A stretch of DNA of 64,000 bases from Bacilli bacterium (GCA_017484205.1 JAFUTO010000032.1:6067-70066); one strand, 5' to 3'; counted from the first letter of the stretch, positions 40,167 to 50,622 are shown. Program-made: numbers and translations. The notes: generated by a model not told the origin, from the letters alone.

Positions 40167-40376
40167 TTATTCATCTATATCTTTATAATACAAACTGGTT
40201 GCTATATTATAATACATTCCCATTGCTTCCTGTAATTCTAATATATCTTCGTATAGCCCATTTAAATACTCTTCTTCAGAAGTATCACCATCAAATAAGT
40301 TATCATATTCCACAATTGATTTAGCTTCAAATTCTGAATTTATATCATGAATTAAATCTTCTGTAATATATGTCAT
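40167..40376 (-). CDS. hypothetical acidic protein (69 aa)
   Basis: ORF; terminator hairpin overlaps the stop. Confidence 0.3.
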   Translation of the reverse strand: MTYITEDLIHDINSEFEAKSIVEYDNLFDGDTSEEEYLNGLYEDILELQEAMGMYYNIATSLYYKDIDE

Positions 40377-40446
40377 CTCTGCTATTTCTTTGCCTAATCT
40401 TTTTCTTTTAGAAGTTATTGATAATTTTTTATATTCTTCAATTTTA

Positions 40447-41664
40447 TTAGATTAACTTGGAAGATGCATCTATTGATTCCTCCTGATTTTTATTTTTCTT
40501 TTGAAGATGTTTTTCTTTAAATTTATTCCAAAATGACACTGTTTGAACTTGTTCTACTGGTGATTGCTCAACTACTGGAGTTGTTTGTTCAACTATAGGA
40601 GTTTCTACTACAGGAGATATTTGTTCAACTATAGGAGTTTCTACTACAGGTGCTACTTCTTCTACTACAGGTGGCTTTGTTACCTCATTAATTGCTTCTT
40701 TTGTTTCTACAGCTTCTTGTTGTTTTAATTTTGGATTTTTGGATAGTAAAAATTCAAGTCTTTCTTCTACGGTAACAACCTTACCATTTTCATCTACAAT
40801 ATTTTCACCTGTCTTACCATTTATCATAGGAATTGGAACACCTAATTCATCTAAATCTTCTTTATACTTTGCTAGTACACCAAAAACATCAGTTTTTTTG
40901 GAACCACTTAAAAATAATTCAGGTTCAAATATTTCTTCTAGACTATGTGGATTTGTAGCAATTGCAGAATCAATTATTCTTAAAGACATAGACATATCTT
41001 GACTTATTGCTAATTTATCATCACTACTTATATTATATTTACCATCTTGTAAAATATTAGCTGTATGTCTATAACGCATATCTAATATTTGTTTTAAAGA
41101 GTCAGCTGGTAATTGTGGGATTACACGTTCAACATTTTCACTCCATGCTGCATGTTCTATTACATCCATTTCATGAATTAAATCAATATCATCAGTACCC
41201 CATGTATCTTCCTTTGAAGCATATGACACTGCTCCATGATCACTTAAATCAACACCACCTATATCTTGACCGAAATTTGGCAAGTCTCTTACTTCGCCTG
41301 TAAACATAGCTGGACTTGATGATACTGCTCCATGATCACTTAAATCAACACCACCTATATCTTGACCAAAATTTGGTAAATCTCTTACTTCTCCAGTAGA
41401 CATAGTTGGACCTGATGATACTGCTCCATGATCGCTTAAATCAACACCACCTATATCTTGACCGAAATTTGGTAAATCTCTTACTTCTCCAGTAGACATA
41501 GTTGGGCCTGATGATACTGCTCCATGATCGCTTAAATCAACACCACCTATATCTTGACCGAAATTTGGTAAATCTCTTACTTCTCCAGTAGACATAGTTG
41601 GACCTGATGATACTGCTCCATGATTTAATAAATCCTTATCTATATTTGTTTTATATTCATTCAT
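40447..41664 (-). CDS. repeat-containing protein (4.3 x 32-aa tandem repeats, Pro/Val-rich C-terminus)
   Basis: Repeat unit DLSDHGAVSSGPTMSTGEVRDLPNFGQDIGGV. C-terminal PVVE(T/Q)P repeats. Confidence 0.5.
   Translation of the reverse strand: MNEYKTNIDKDLLNHGAVSSGPTMSTGEVRDLPNFGQDIGGVDLSDHGAVSSGPTMSTGEVRDLPNFGQDIGGVDLSDHGAVSSGPTMSTGEVRDLPNFGQDIGGVDLSDHGAVSSSPAMFTGEVRDLPNFGQDIGGVDLSDHGAVSYASKEDTWGTDDIDLIHEMDVIEHAAWSENVERVIPQLPADSLKQILDMRYRHTANILQDGKYNISSDDKLAISQDMSMSLRIIDSAIATNPHSLEEIFEPELFLSGSKKTDVFGVLAKYKEDLDELGVPIPMINGKTGENIVDENGKVVTVEERLEFLLSKNPKLKQQEAVETKEAINEVTKPPVVEEVAPVVETPIVEQISPVVETPIVEQTTPVVEQSPVEQVQTVSFWNKFKEKHLQKKNKNQEESIDASSKLI
41220..41628. repeat. 96-bp tandem repeat (about 4.3 copies, near identical) within the CDS
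   Basis: Directly visible 96-nt periodicity on the plus strand (ctccatgatc(a/g)cttaaatcaacaccacctatatcttgacc(g/a)aaatttgg...). Confidence 0.85.
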
Positions 41665-41786
41665 ATAAGCACCTCTATCTTGTCTTTATGATACTATATT
41701 TTAAAAATAGTTGTCAATAAAATGTAATATTTATTTTCAATTATAACAAAAGTTTACACTTTTAATTACACAAAAAAAGATATAAA

Positions 41787-42029
41787 TTATATCATTTTAT
41801 CTATATCTTTAGGTATATTATCATTTTGAACTGCTTCTATTATTTTATCTTCTTTTTCTTTGCTTACTTCTTTACCTGTCATTTTTGAAAGTTCTTGAAT
41901 AACTTCTCTTAATGTTCCTTCATTTTTCATATCATTTTGTTGTAGTTTAGATGCTAGAGAAAGAATTGTATCCTTATCCACACTAGTCTTTTCCTCTACT
42001 CTTTTAAAAAATGAATCACCAAATGCCAT
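41787..42029 (-). CDS. SpoVIF (stage VI sporulation protein F)-like small protein
   Basis: MAFGDSFFKRVEEKTSV...SLASKLQQNDMKNE..LREVIQELSKMTGKEVSKEKEDKIIEAV pattern resembles SpoVIF/YjcC. From memory only. Confidence 0.4.
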   Translation of the reverse strand: MAFGDSFFKRVEEKTSVDKDTILSLASKLQQNDMKNEGTLREVIQELSKMTGKEVSKEKEDKIIEAVQNDNIPKDIDKMI

Positions 42030-42073
42030 AAAAAATCACTCCTAATTTAATATATTATAGGAATGATTAATTG

Positions 42074-43390
42074 TTACATTTTTTCTTCACCCTTATTTTT
42101 GAATTCTATAACTATAGGTGTACCTTCTAAATCAAAAGATTCCCTTAATTTATTTTCAAGATACCTTTTATATGAGAAGTGTACTAAACCTTTACTATTT
42201 ACTTTAAATTCAAATGTTGGTGGTGCTGTTCTAACTTGTGATACAAAGTATATTTTAAGTCTCTTACCTTTATATGAAGGTGGTAATTCTAAATTTACAG
42301 CATCTTCTATAACATCATTAAGTAGACTTGTCTTAATCTCTTTTCTACTATTTTCGTAACATTTTAAGATTTCTGGCATTAATGTATGTAATCTTTTTTT
42401 TGTTAAAGCTGATAAGAACACAATAGGTGCGTATGGCATAAATTGAAAATTAGCTCTTATCTCTTTAGTCCATTTTTTCATTTCATCTTCTTTTTCTTCT
42501 ATAGTATCCCATTTATTAACAACGATAATGACTGGTTTACCTGCTTCTATTGCATATCCAGCAATATGTTTGTCATGTTCGATAATACCTGTAGTCGCGT
42601 CTATTAAAAGTAAACATACATTAGATCTATCAATAGCACGCATAGTTCTAAGTAAACTATATCTTTCTACATTTTCATATATTTTACCTTGGCGTCTTAA
42701 ACCGGCTGTATCTATTACTACATAATCTTCACCATGGTATTTAAATGGTGTATCAACTGCATCTCTAGTAGTACCTGATATATTAGATACTATTACTCTA
42801 TCTTCATTTAGTATTGCGTTTACTAAACTACTTTTACCTACATTTGGTCTTCCTATTACACTAAATTTTAAAATATCTTTATATTCTTCTTCTATTTCAG
42901 TAAAATCTTTAGTGATTTCTTCTTGTAAGTCATATATACCTGTATTTTGTTCACCACTAATTGGAATATATGTATCAAAACCTAATTCATAAAAATCATA
43001 TATATTATCTTTTGTTAATTTACTATCTGTTTTATTAATCGCAACAATAACTTTCTTATTTGACTTTATAAGCATGTCCCTTACAACAAGGTCATTAGAT
43101 GTAAGACCTTCCATACCATCAACAACAAAAACGATAACATCAGATGCATCTATAGCAAGTTCAGCCTGCATTTTTATTTCTTTATTGAAATCATCATTAC
43201 CTAAATCGATACCACCTGTATCAATAAGATTATAACTATATTTACCAAATTTAACTTCTCCATATATTCTATCTCTAGTAATACCTGGTGTATCTTCAAT
43301 AATAGAGATTTTTTTACCTACTAATCTATTGAAGATAGTTGACTTACCTACATTTGGTCTTCCTAATAATGCGACTACTGGTTTTTTCAT
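42074..43390 (-). CDS. der: GTPase Der (EngA), tandem GTP-binding domains plus KH-like domain
   Basis: Two G-domains (GRPNVGKST x2, DTGG/DTAG, NKTD/NKWD). Confidence 0.9.
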   Translation of the reverse strand: MKKPVVALLGRPNVGKSTIFNRLVGKKISIIEDTPGITRDRIYGEVKFGKYSYNLIDTGGIDLGNDDFNKEIKMQAELAIDASDVIVFVVDGMEGLTSNDLVVRDMLIKSNKKVIVAINKTDSKLTKDNIYDFYELGFDTYIPISGEQNTGIYDLQEEITKDFTEIEEEYKDILKFSVIGRPNVGKSSLVNAILNEDRVIVSNISGTTRDAVDTPFKYHGEDYVVIDTAGLRRQGKIYENVERYSLLRTMRAIDRSNVCLLLIDATTGIIEHDKHIAGYAIEAGKPVIIVVNKWDTIEEKEDEMKKWTKEIRANFQFMPYAPIVFLSALTKKRLHTLMPEILKCYENSRKEIKTSLLNDVIEDAVNLELPPSYKGKRLKIYFVSQVRTAPPTFEFKVNSKGLVHFSYKRYLENKLRESFDLEGTPIVIEFKNKGEEKM

Positions 43391-43415
43391 AGTATCACCC
43401 CTTAAACTTCATGTA

Positions 43416-43904
43416 TTATAACACATATTTAACATTTTTTAAAACTTTTCCATATCTTTTTATATCTTCTACACCTTTATATATAATTTCACTATTTTCT
43501 AATAATTTACCCATACTTATATTATTTACTCTATCCAAAGGTTCTATATAAAAATTACCTTTATATAAATATAAGTTATATGGAATATCTAATAATAGAA
43601 TATCATCAACTTTATATAACATTTCAATATTATTAACCATTATTCTCATATCAATAAGTGTATCATCATACTCTAAATATCCTAAATCATCTTCTTTTAA
43701 TTCTAAAATAGCACCATAATTAAAATCTATATAAATATAGACATCATAATATCCTTTTATTTTTATATTGTAATAATTTTTTAATTTATCAAATATATTT
43801 CTAAGTTCTGTTTCTAATACCTTTTTGTCTTTATAATCTAAATCTTTGGTAATATATTTATTTAAAAAAACGATGATATTATCGTCTACAAATTCTATTT
43901 TCAT
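43416..43904 (-). CDS. hypothetical protein (162 aa)
   Basis: ORF between der and engB; no motif recognised. Confidence 0.35.
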   Translation of the reverse strand: MKIEFVDDNIIVFLNKYITKDLDYKDKKVLETELRNIFDKLKNYYNIKIKGYYDVYIYIDFNYGAILELKEDDLGYLEYDDTLIDMRIMVNNIEMLYKVDDILLLDIPYNLYLYKGNFYIEPLDRVNNISMGKLLENSEIIYKGVEDIKRYGKVLKNVKYVL

Positions 43905-43950
43905 ACTATCACCAATATATTGTATGAAAATATTTATTATTTGGGAATAA

Positions 43951-44532
43951 TTACATCGTTCTTTCTATCTTTTGAATAACTTCATCTTTTCCATCTTTAC
44001 TTATATTAGAAAACATAATAAAGTCATCGCCTACAACTAAATCTAGGGCGTCTAAAATCATGCTTCTTTGTTTTTGATGACTAGTTATACCAATCTTATC
44101 AATCTTAGTTGCAACTATTGTAACTGGTATTTTATAGTATTTTAAATAATTATACATAGCTATATCATCTGCTGTTGGTTTATGTCTAAAATCAATTAGT
44201 AAAAATACTTGTTTTAATGTTTCTCTATTTTCTAAATAATCTTCCATCATTAAGCCAAATTTCTTTTGCTTATCTTTACTTAAAGTAGCATATCCATATC
44301 CAGGTGCGTCTACTAAATAAAAACTATCATTTACTAAATAGAAATTTATTGTTTGTGTTTTTCCAGGTGTTGATGATGTGCGAGCATAATTTTTTCTATT
44401 TATTAAAGTATTTATAAAACTACTTTTACCTACATTAGATCTACCAACTAATAAAAATTCTGATTTATTATCAGTAGGATATTGACTACGTCTCACTGCG
44501 CTGATAGATAAATCTACAGAGTTTATTTTCAT
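43951..44532 (-). CDS. engB: GTP-binding protein EngB/YsxC
   Basis: GRSNVGKSSFIN, DAPGYG, TKIDK motifs. Confidence 0.85.
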   Translation of the reverse strand: MKINSVDLSISAVRRSQYPTDNKSEFLLVGRSNVGKSSFINTLINRKNYARTSSTPGKTQTINFYLVNDSFYLVDAPGYGYATLSKDKQKKFGLMMEDYLENRETLKQVFLLIDFRHKPTADDIAMYNYLKYYKIPVTIVATKIDKIGITSHQKQRSMILDALDLVVGDDFIMFSNISKDGKDEVIQKIERTM

Positions 44533-44572
44533 TTTACCACTCCTTAAAAGCTCCTAAATTATAGCATACATA

Positions 44573-45106
44573 TTACTCAATGTCAAAAATAGTAACTGTC
44601 TTGCTTCCATATTTTCTTGTTTTATATACTCTAAATTTTTCTGTTTTTACCTTTTCATCTTCATATTCTGTAACTATAATACCATTTTCATTTAACAAAT
44701 TATTGTCATAAATAAAGTCTAATATTTTGTTAATAAAATGTCTATCGTATGGTGGATCTAGGATAATGATGTCAAACTTAGTACTATTATCTCTAAAATA
44801 TTTTAAAGCTTTATTATAATCAGTTATCATTATCTCATAATTAGGCATATCTCTTAGATTTTTCTTTAATACTTTTTCTATTTCTTTATTGTTATCAACA
44901 AAATATACGAATGTTGCTCCATTGCTTATAGCTTCTATTCCTAAAGCTCCAGAACCCGCGAATAAATCTAGAACAACACTTCCATTTATCTTATTTTGAA
45001 TAGTGGCAAACATAGACTCTTTAACTCTATCCATTGTAGGCCTTGTTCCATCCACATCAAATCCATCTAATACTCTTCCTTTAAATAAACCACTAATAAC
45101 TCTCAT
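44573..45106 (-). CDS. rsmD: 16S rRNA (guanine966-N2)-methyltransferase RsmD
   Basis: MRVISG..KGR.L...D..RPT.D...FAGSGALGIEA...DPPY motifs. Confidence 0.8.
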   Translation of the reverse strand: MRVISGLFKGRVLDGFDVDGTRPTMDRVKESMFATIQNKINGSVVLDLFAGSGALGIEAISNGATFVYFVDNNKEIEKVLKKNLRDMPNYEIMITDYNKALKYFRDNSTKFDIIILDPPYDRHFINKILDFIYDNNLLNENGIIVTEYEDEKVKTEKFRVYKTRKYGSKTVTIFDIE

Positions 45107-45154
45107 ATAACCACCATAATAATTATACTATAAAATTAAAAATAGTGAAAATCA

Positions 45155-45376
45155 CTATTTCATTGTAGACATAATACTTTGTAACATTTCAATAGTAGTT
45201 AGGGCATTATTTAACTTATCAATAGGTCTTAATTTATAGTTAATTTTTACTTCTTCTTTAAAATCATTAAACAAATTAGGATTTCTTGTAAGTAATTTAT
45301 ACCAATGTGAATTTTCCCTTATATATTTTATATAATTAGGATTACTTTTAAGTTTAAACTGAATATCTAGACTCAT
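45155..45376 (-). CDS. YlbE-like small protein
   Basis: ...NPNYIKYIRENSHWYKLLTRNPNLFNDF... pattern; adjacent to a YlbD-like ORF. Low-confidence recall. Confidence 0.35.
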   Translation of the reverse strand: MSLDIQFKLKSNPNYIKYIRENSHWYKLLTRNPNLFNDFKEEVKINYKLRPIDKLNNALTTIEMLQSIMSTMK

Positions 45377-45720
45377 TAATCATCAAAATGCCTATACATT
45401 GGTCTTGGTTTGTAATTATTATTTGTTTTATTTTTATTAGTCATATCACCAAGTAATCCCAATACTCTACTTACACTATTAATACTATTTTGAAATTCAT
45501 CTAAATTTATATTTTTTATAAAATTAAGTATATCAGGCATTGATAACGCTGTGCCTGTTATTACTGCAGGAGTTAAATAATCTTTCCACGCATCCTCTGA
45601 TTCGCCATATAAATCATATATTTCATAAAACTTTTGCCATGAACTACTTCCATTTTTTACATAAGATATAAGTTTTGGATGTTTTTTTACAAAGACTTTA
45701 AATTCTTCCTTTTTATCCAT
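45376..45720 (-). CDS. YlbD-like protein
   Basis: 114-aa ORF overlapping start/stop with the downstream gene. Confidence 0.3.
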   Translation of the reverse strand: MDKKEEFKVFVKKHPKLISYVKNGSSSWQKFYEIYDLYGESEDAWKDYLTPAVITGTALSMPDILNFIKNINLDEFQNSINSVSRVLGLLGDMTNKNKTNNNYKPRPMYRHFDD

Positions 45721-45797
45721 ACTATCACCTACATAAGTATATGTACATTTATTATTTTTTTGACAAAAACTAACAAAAAAACTAGTTAAACTAGTTT

Positions 45798-46433
45798 TTA
45801 TCCAATTTTTCTTTTTAACATAGAACCTAGACTTTTTACAAATTCCATAGGTTTTTCTATTTCAACTGTTGTATTATTTCTAATGTTTTCAATTTCTCTG
45901 TTTAAATCTCTAATTTCATAACTATCATTTACTTTTTGAAGTTGTAAGTTATTATCATAATATTTTTGTCTAAGAATAACTTTTCTTTTTTCTAATTGTT
46001 CTAAGTTTGCTCTTTCTTTTTTTAACTCTTGTGATAAAAATTTATATGTGTCACATAATGCTTTATGATTTTTAATATTATCTTTGAATTTTTTATATGT
46101 TAATAATTCACCCGCAACACATGATAAAGTAGCAATTATAGTACCAGCTATAGCAATATGTGGTGCAATGAAAGCTACTATACCTAATAATAACATACAT
46201 ATACCATATAATATACCTATAAGTTTACTCATAGTATCTGTACTAATTTTTTTACCAGTACTTAATGCAACCATAGCCTTAGAACATTTCTTTAATCTAG
46301 TTTCCATTTCCTCAATAAGATTTTCCTTAACTAAGATTTCTTCTAAGTTATCACAATATTTTCTAGTTTTACATTGTAAGTTATTATTATAAATACCTAC
46401 AGTACCTTCAACGTTCATATATAATTTATTCAT
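45798..46433 (-). CDS. membrane protein with 2 TM helices and a C-terminal coiled coil (211 aa)
   Basis: Hydrophobic block LIGILYGICMLLLGIVAFIAPHIAIAGTIIATL plus heptad-rich tail. Confidence 0.35.
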   Translation of the reverse strand: MNKLYMNVEGTVGIYNNNLQCKTRKYCDNLEEILVKENLIEEMETRLKKCSKAMVALSTGKKISTDTMSKLIGILYGICMLLLGIVAFIAPHIAIAGTIIATLSCVAGELLTYKKFKDNIKNHKALCDTYKFLSQELKKERANLEQLEKRKVILRQKYYDNNLQLQKVNDSYEIRDLNREIENIRNNTTVEIEKPMEFVKSLGSMLKRKIG

Positions 46434-46532
46434 ATAAAATCCCCCTTTTCAATGAATATGTGCCTTATTATAACATCTTTTTAATATTTGTCAAATTCAT
46501 AAAAAAACATTGTTTTTCAAAGAAAAAAAAGA

Positions 46533-47114
46533 CTAGTTAGTCTTTTTTGTTATACCTAGGCCATCACCTATATTTAAAAATTCAGTTGTATACTCATTAT
46601 TGTTTTCTAGAAATTCAATATAATCATTAAGTTTTCTCATCATACTTCTTAAATTCTTACTTTCAATAGAATCAATATTTTCTCTTAATCCATGAAAATT
46701 TAAATTATCTGTAATAATTGTTCCATTATCTTTTAATAAAGGACTATATTTATTAAAAAACTTAATATATTGGCTTTTAGCTGCATCTATAAATATCAAA
46801 TCATAACTACCATCTACATCTACTTCTAAGGCATCACCAAATATAACATTTATTCTATTATTCATATTATATTTATTGATATTTTTAATAGCTATATCAT
46901 ACATATCTTTATTTCTTTCAATAGTAGTTACTTTTATCTCATCATTAACCATACACATTCTAATTGCCGAATATCCTATAGCTGTACCTATTTCTAATAT
47001 ATTTTTAATATTATGTTCTTTTATGTAGTTTGTCATATAATCAATGCCTTCAGGTAGCATTATTGGAACATTGTTTTGTTTAGCATATATTTCTAATTCG
47101 TGAAACAAGACCAA
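46533..47114 (-). CDS. class I SAM-dependent O-methyltransferase (YrrM-like)
   Basis: ILEIGTAIGYSAI (motif I) ...IFIDA. Sits next to mltG as yrrM does in Bacillus. Confidence 0.65.
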   Translation of the reverse strand: MVLFHELEIYAKQNNVPIMLPEGIDYMTNYIKEHNIKNILEIGTAIGYSAIRMCMVNDEIKVTTIERNKDMYDIAIKNINKYNMNNRINVIFGDALEVDVDGSYDLIFIDAAKSQYIKFFNKYSPLLKDNGTIITDNLNFHGLRENIDSIESKNLRSMMRKLNDYIEFLENNNEYTTEFLNIGDGLGITKKTN

Positions 47115-48169
47115 TTACCTTCTCTCTTAAGTTTAGCTATATTTAAATTATGTTGATATTCTGTTTTAGCTGTTAAAGTTACACCATCACATCCATTAAC
47201 AAAATAAAAATCATTTGTAACAGTAGGATTTAATACAGCAGCTATTGATTCTTCACTAGGATTTCCAACCGGTCCAACTGGAAGTCCGCTTAAACATGTA
47301 CTTCTCGTATTATAGCTATTACATGTAGATAATTCTATATTAGTAAGTGAATGACTAAAATCATCTGTTTTTAACGAATAATATGTTGTTACATCACTAC
47401 CTAAAGTCCAATTATTTTTAAGTCTATTATAAAATACTCCAGCTATAAGTGATCTATCTATTGCATTGCCAACTTCAAGTTCAACTATAGAGGCTAATGT
47501 TAATATTTGATGAATGCTATAATTATTATTATTGATATCATCTTTATATTTATTTAACTCCGTATTAGTCTTATCAAGCATTGATTTAATTATTACTTTA
47601 ACATCTTTTGTTTTATCTACTTCATAAGTTGCAGGGAATAAATAACCTTCTAATGAATAATAAATTTTTTCATTTTTGATATCATCAGTTAAAAACCAAT
47701 ATTCACTAATTAAACTATCTATAAATTCAGTATCTGATAATGCATTAATAAAATCATCATAAGTATTATCAGTATTACTATCTATTAAATTGGCAATACC
47801 CCTTACATTAATACCTTCTTGAAACGTGATTTTTATTACATTAGGATTAGTAGGATTTCCACCTTCTAAAGTATCTACTATTTCATTTAAACCCATACTT
47901 TTAGATAAAGTATACTCACCTGCTTCTAAATTACCTGGTAAAAATAGTTTAATATAAATCTTATAAAATTTAGATGATCTTATTAAATTAGCATCATATA
48001 ATTTAGAACCTATTGAATACCAAGTATCACCTGTTTCTACAACAAATGATATATTTTCAGCATGTCTATCAACAGGCATTATTTCATATCTATAAAAACT
48101 GCATGAAATAATTATTATGATTGCGATAAATATAATCATCATTTTAGCTATTATCACATAATTCTTCAT
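47093..48169 (-). CDS. mltG: endolytic murein transglycosylase MltG (YceG/YrrL family)
   Basis: N-terminal TM, LysM-like region, ...LTLASIVELE... catalytic region typical of YceG. Confidence 0.75.
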   Translation of the reverse strand: MKNYVIIAKMMIIFIAIIIIISCSFYRYEIMPVDRHAENISFVVETGDTWYSIGSKLYDANLIRSSKFYKIYIKLFLPGNLEAGEYTLSKSMGLNEIVDTLEGGNPTNPNVIKITFQEGINVRGIANLIDSNTDNTYDDFINALSDTEFIDSLISEYWFLTDDIKNEKIYYSLEGYLFPATYEVDKTKDVKVIIKSMLDKTNTELNKYKDDINNNNYSIHQILTLASIVELEVGNAIDRSLIAGVFYNRLKNNWTLGSDVTTYYSLKTDDFSHSLTNIELSTCNSYNTRSTCLSGLPVGPVGNPSEESIAAVLNPTVTNDFYFVNGCDGVTLTAKTEYQHNLNIAKLKREGNWSCFTN

Positions 48170-48192
48170 ATACTACAAAAACAAGCTTATTA

Positions 48193-48501
48193 TTAAGCTT
48201 GTTCATCTCCTTCCGCACCTTCCATAGACTCTCTAACTTGTTCTTGGATAACATCTAAGATTTGTTGAATTTTATTCCATTCAGCATCTGTTTCAATTGG
48301 TTCTAATTTTGTTTTTTCTTCTCCAGGTGTATAAATAGATGCATATACTCTTGTATTTCCTTCTTCATCTTGTGAATTATCTGTATATACTATATAGTTT
48401 TTATGAGTTTCATCAGATTCAAATCTAAATAAAGCCTCACATTCTACTTCTTCACCTTCACTATTAACAACTGTAAATTTTTGTTCTTCTAAATTATTCA
48501 T
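48193..48501 (-). CDS. DUF1292 family protein (YrzB-like)
   Basis: FTVVNSEGEEVECEALFRFE.....NYIVYT pattern. Context yrzL-ruvX-yrzB. Confidence 0.6.
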   Translation of the reverse strand: MNNLEEQKFTVVNSEGEEVECEALFRFESDETHKNYIVYTDNSQDEEGNTRVYASIYTPGEEKTKLEPIETDAEWNKIQQILDVIQEQVRESMEGAEGDEQA

Positions 48502-48925
48502 TTTTATTCCCTCTTTCTATATCTAAATAAGTTTGTAAAATAATACTAGCAGCCAATCCATCTACTTTAGCTTTTCTTTTTTTCCTTGACAAATCAGCTT
48601 CCAACATATAATTATGCGCGGCTACTGTTGATAGTCTTTCATCTTGCATTATAACTGGTAGATTAAAATTATCTTCTAGTACTTTTTTGTATTCTAATGT
48701 AGTATTTGCTCTATCACCGATAGTATTATTCATATTCTTAGGTAACCCAAGTACGAGTTTTTCAATATGTTCCCTATCAATGATTTCTTTAAGTGGCTTT
48801 ATAGTATCTTCATAAGCACTATCAGGAAATCTTAAAACAGTTAGTGGTGTTGCTACTAAATGTGTTGCATCTGAAATAGCAATACCCAATGTCCTTGTTC
48901 CTAAATCTAAACCTAAATATTTCAT
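48494..48925 (-). CDS. ruvX: Holliday junction resolvase-like protein RuvX (YqgF)
   Basis: MKYLGLDLGTRTLGIAISD N-terminus (RNase H-like). Confidence 0.85.
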   Translation of the reverse strand: MKYLGLDLGTRTLGIAISDATHLVATPLTVLRFPDSAYEDTIKPLKEIIDREHIEKLVLGLPKNMNNTIGDRANTTLEYKKVLEDNFNLPVIMQDERLSTVAAHNYMLEADLSRKKRKAKVDGLAASIILQTYLDIERGNKNE

Positions 48926-49185
48926 TTTAATAAATTGCGAACTAAAACTTCAATAACTTTAGTACGATCTAGTCTAGACATTTTCTTTCTAGCTTCTTTA
49001 TAACTAGAAATATAGCCAGGATCTCCACTTATTAAATAACCTACTATTTGATTAACAGGATCATAACCTTTTTCATCTAGGCTATCATTTACATCTTTGA
49101 GTGTTTCTTTAATCAATTCATCTTGAAAATCACTAACAACATATACTTTAGTTTTATCCACTATATCACCTACTTTTAAATACAC
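48922..49185 (-). CDS. UPF0297 protein IreB/YrzL
   Basis: ...VYVVSDFQDELIKETLKDV...KGYDPVNQIVGYLISGDPGYISS... Confidence 0.65.
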   Translation of the reverse strand: MYLKVGDIVDKTKVYVVSDFQDELIKETLKDVNDSLDEKGYDPVNQIVGYLISGDPGYISSYKEARKKMSRLDRTKVIEVLVRNLLK

Positions 49186-49218
49186 CTTTATTGTACCAAA
49201 ATTTTAGTAATTAAGCAA

Positions 49219-50622
49219 CTAACTTGTAGTTATTTTATCAAGTTCTTTTAAATACTCTTCTATAGTACCTATATCATCTACAGGTACCTTTTCTCCATTA
49301 ATTATATTATATTTTTCATACCCTTTTCCTAAGATAAGTAAAATATCTTCATCTTTTAATAAATCAATACCTCTTCTAACAGCGTCACGCCTATTCCATA
49401 TTACCTCATAATTTTTTGCATCTAATTTGCCAACCGCGTCATCTATTATTTGTCTTGGATCTTCATCATATTGATGATCTCCTGTCATAATTCCTATTTT
49501 TGACCCTTCGATAGCTAATTTAGCCATAATAGGTCTCATTGTTCTATCTCTTCTGCCACGGCAAGTAAATATTGTATATAAATTACCTTTCATGCCTTCT
49601 TTTGCTTCATTAACAGCTTCCATAGCATTTTTAACTCCATCTGGAGTATGAGCATAATCAATGATAATTCTATTTGTTTTATATTTGATCATATTCATTC
49701 TACCATCTGGTGGTTCTACTTCACTCATAACTTTTCTTATATCTTCTTTTGAATACCCCATTTTATCTAAAATCATAATAGGCATCATCGCATTTGAAAC
49801 ATTATATTTTCCTATTAATTCAGTTTTTATAGTATTAGTCTCTCCCTTATATGTATAAGTAAATTCAGTTTCAAAATTAGATACTTTATAGTTTGTTATA
49901 TGATAATCTCCACCATTAAATCCATATGTATAATTATCATTACCATCTAATATAAATGTATCCTTCCACTCATCATCATAGTTAATAAATGCTTTTCCAT
50001 CATCCTTAAGCATTCTAAATAGCATTTGTTTCGCTTTGGCATATTCTTCTTTAGTTCCATGTAATTCTAAATGAGCATGTGTTAAATTGGTAAATCCTGC
50101 ATAATCAAATGGAATTGTTTTAATTCTACCTAGATATAATCCATGACTACTAACTTCTAAGGCAACTGCCTTACATCCAGCATCATATGCCCTTATTATT
50201 AAATCATATAAGTCACATGCATCTGGAGAAGTATTAGGAAGTGGGCATATTCTTGTCTTATCTATGTAAAAACCAATTGTACCTATATATGCACATTTAC
50301 ATCCTAATTTATTTAATGCTTCATTAATTAAATAACAATCTGTAGTTTTACCATTAGTACCAGTAACACCTATAATAATCATTTCACCTAATATTTTATT
50401 GTAATGACTAGATAAATATTCATTCAAATACTCTCTAGTATCAGGTACTACTATTGTTTCAACATCATAACTACCTTTTTCTACCACTACTTTAGATGCT
50501 CCATTTTTTATAGCGTCTTCAATATAATCATCACCATTACTACTAATGCCTTTTAAAGCAACAAAAGTATCTCCCTTTTTTATTTTTCTAGAATCTGTTT
50601 GTATATCTATCATAATGTTCAC
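49219..50622 (-). CDS. murE: Mur ligase family enzyme, probably UDP-MurNAc-L-Ala-D-Glu:meso-DAP/L-Lys ligase MurE
   Basis: DSRKIKKGDTFVALKG, P-loop GVTGTNGKTT, Mur ligase middle and C-terminal domains. MurE versus MurF not fully resolved. Confidence 0.5.
   Translation of the reverse strand: MNIMIDIQTDSRKIKKGDTFVALKGISSNGDDYIEDAIKNGASKVVVEKGSYDVETIVVPDTREYLNEYLSSHYNKILGEMIIIGVTGTNGKTTDCYLINEALNKLGCKCAYIGTIGFYIDKTRICPLPNTSPDACDLYDLIIRAYDAGCKAVALEVSSHGLYLGRIKTIPFDYAGFTNLTHAHLELHGTKEEYAKAKQMLFRMLKDDGKAFINYDDEWKDTFILDGNDNYTYGFNGGDYHITNYKVSNFETEFTYTYKGETNTIKTELIGKYNVSNAMMPIMILDKMGYSKEDIRKVMSEVEPPDGRMNMIKYKTNRIIIDYAHTPDGVKNAMEAVNEAKEGMKGNLYTIFTCRGRRDRTMRPIMAKLAIEGSKIGIMTGDHQYDEDPRQIIDDAVGKLDAKNYEVIWNRRDAVRRGIDLLKDEDILLILGKGYEKYNIINGEKVPVDDIGTIEEYLKELDKITTS

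Noticed and set aside
41220-41628. Regular 96-bp repeats as a CRISPR-like array
   Set aside because: The repeats are contiguous with no spacers and lie in-frame inside a long ORF. This is a coding tandem repeat.
39775-41815. Recurrent motif ACAAAAAAAGATA..TATCTTT at 39781-39812, 40148-40185 and 41768-41810 (21-nt identity between two copies), overlapping the stop codons and last codons (K-D-I/N-D) of three small genes; considered a miniature mobile element
   Set aside because: Each is a canonical minus-strand intrinsic terminator (AT-rich stem plus U-run). The similar composition and gene ends embedded in the stems are expected in a compact AT-rich genome. The identity is limited to the A-run and AAGATAT stem.
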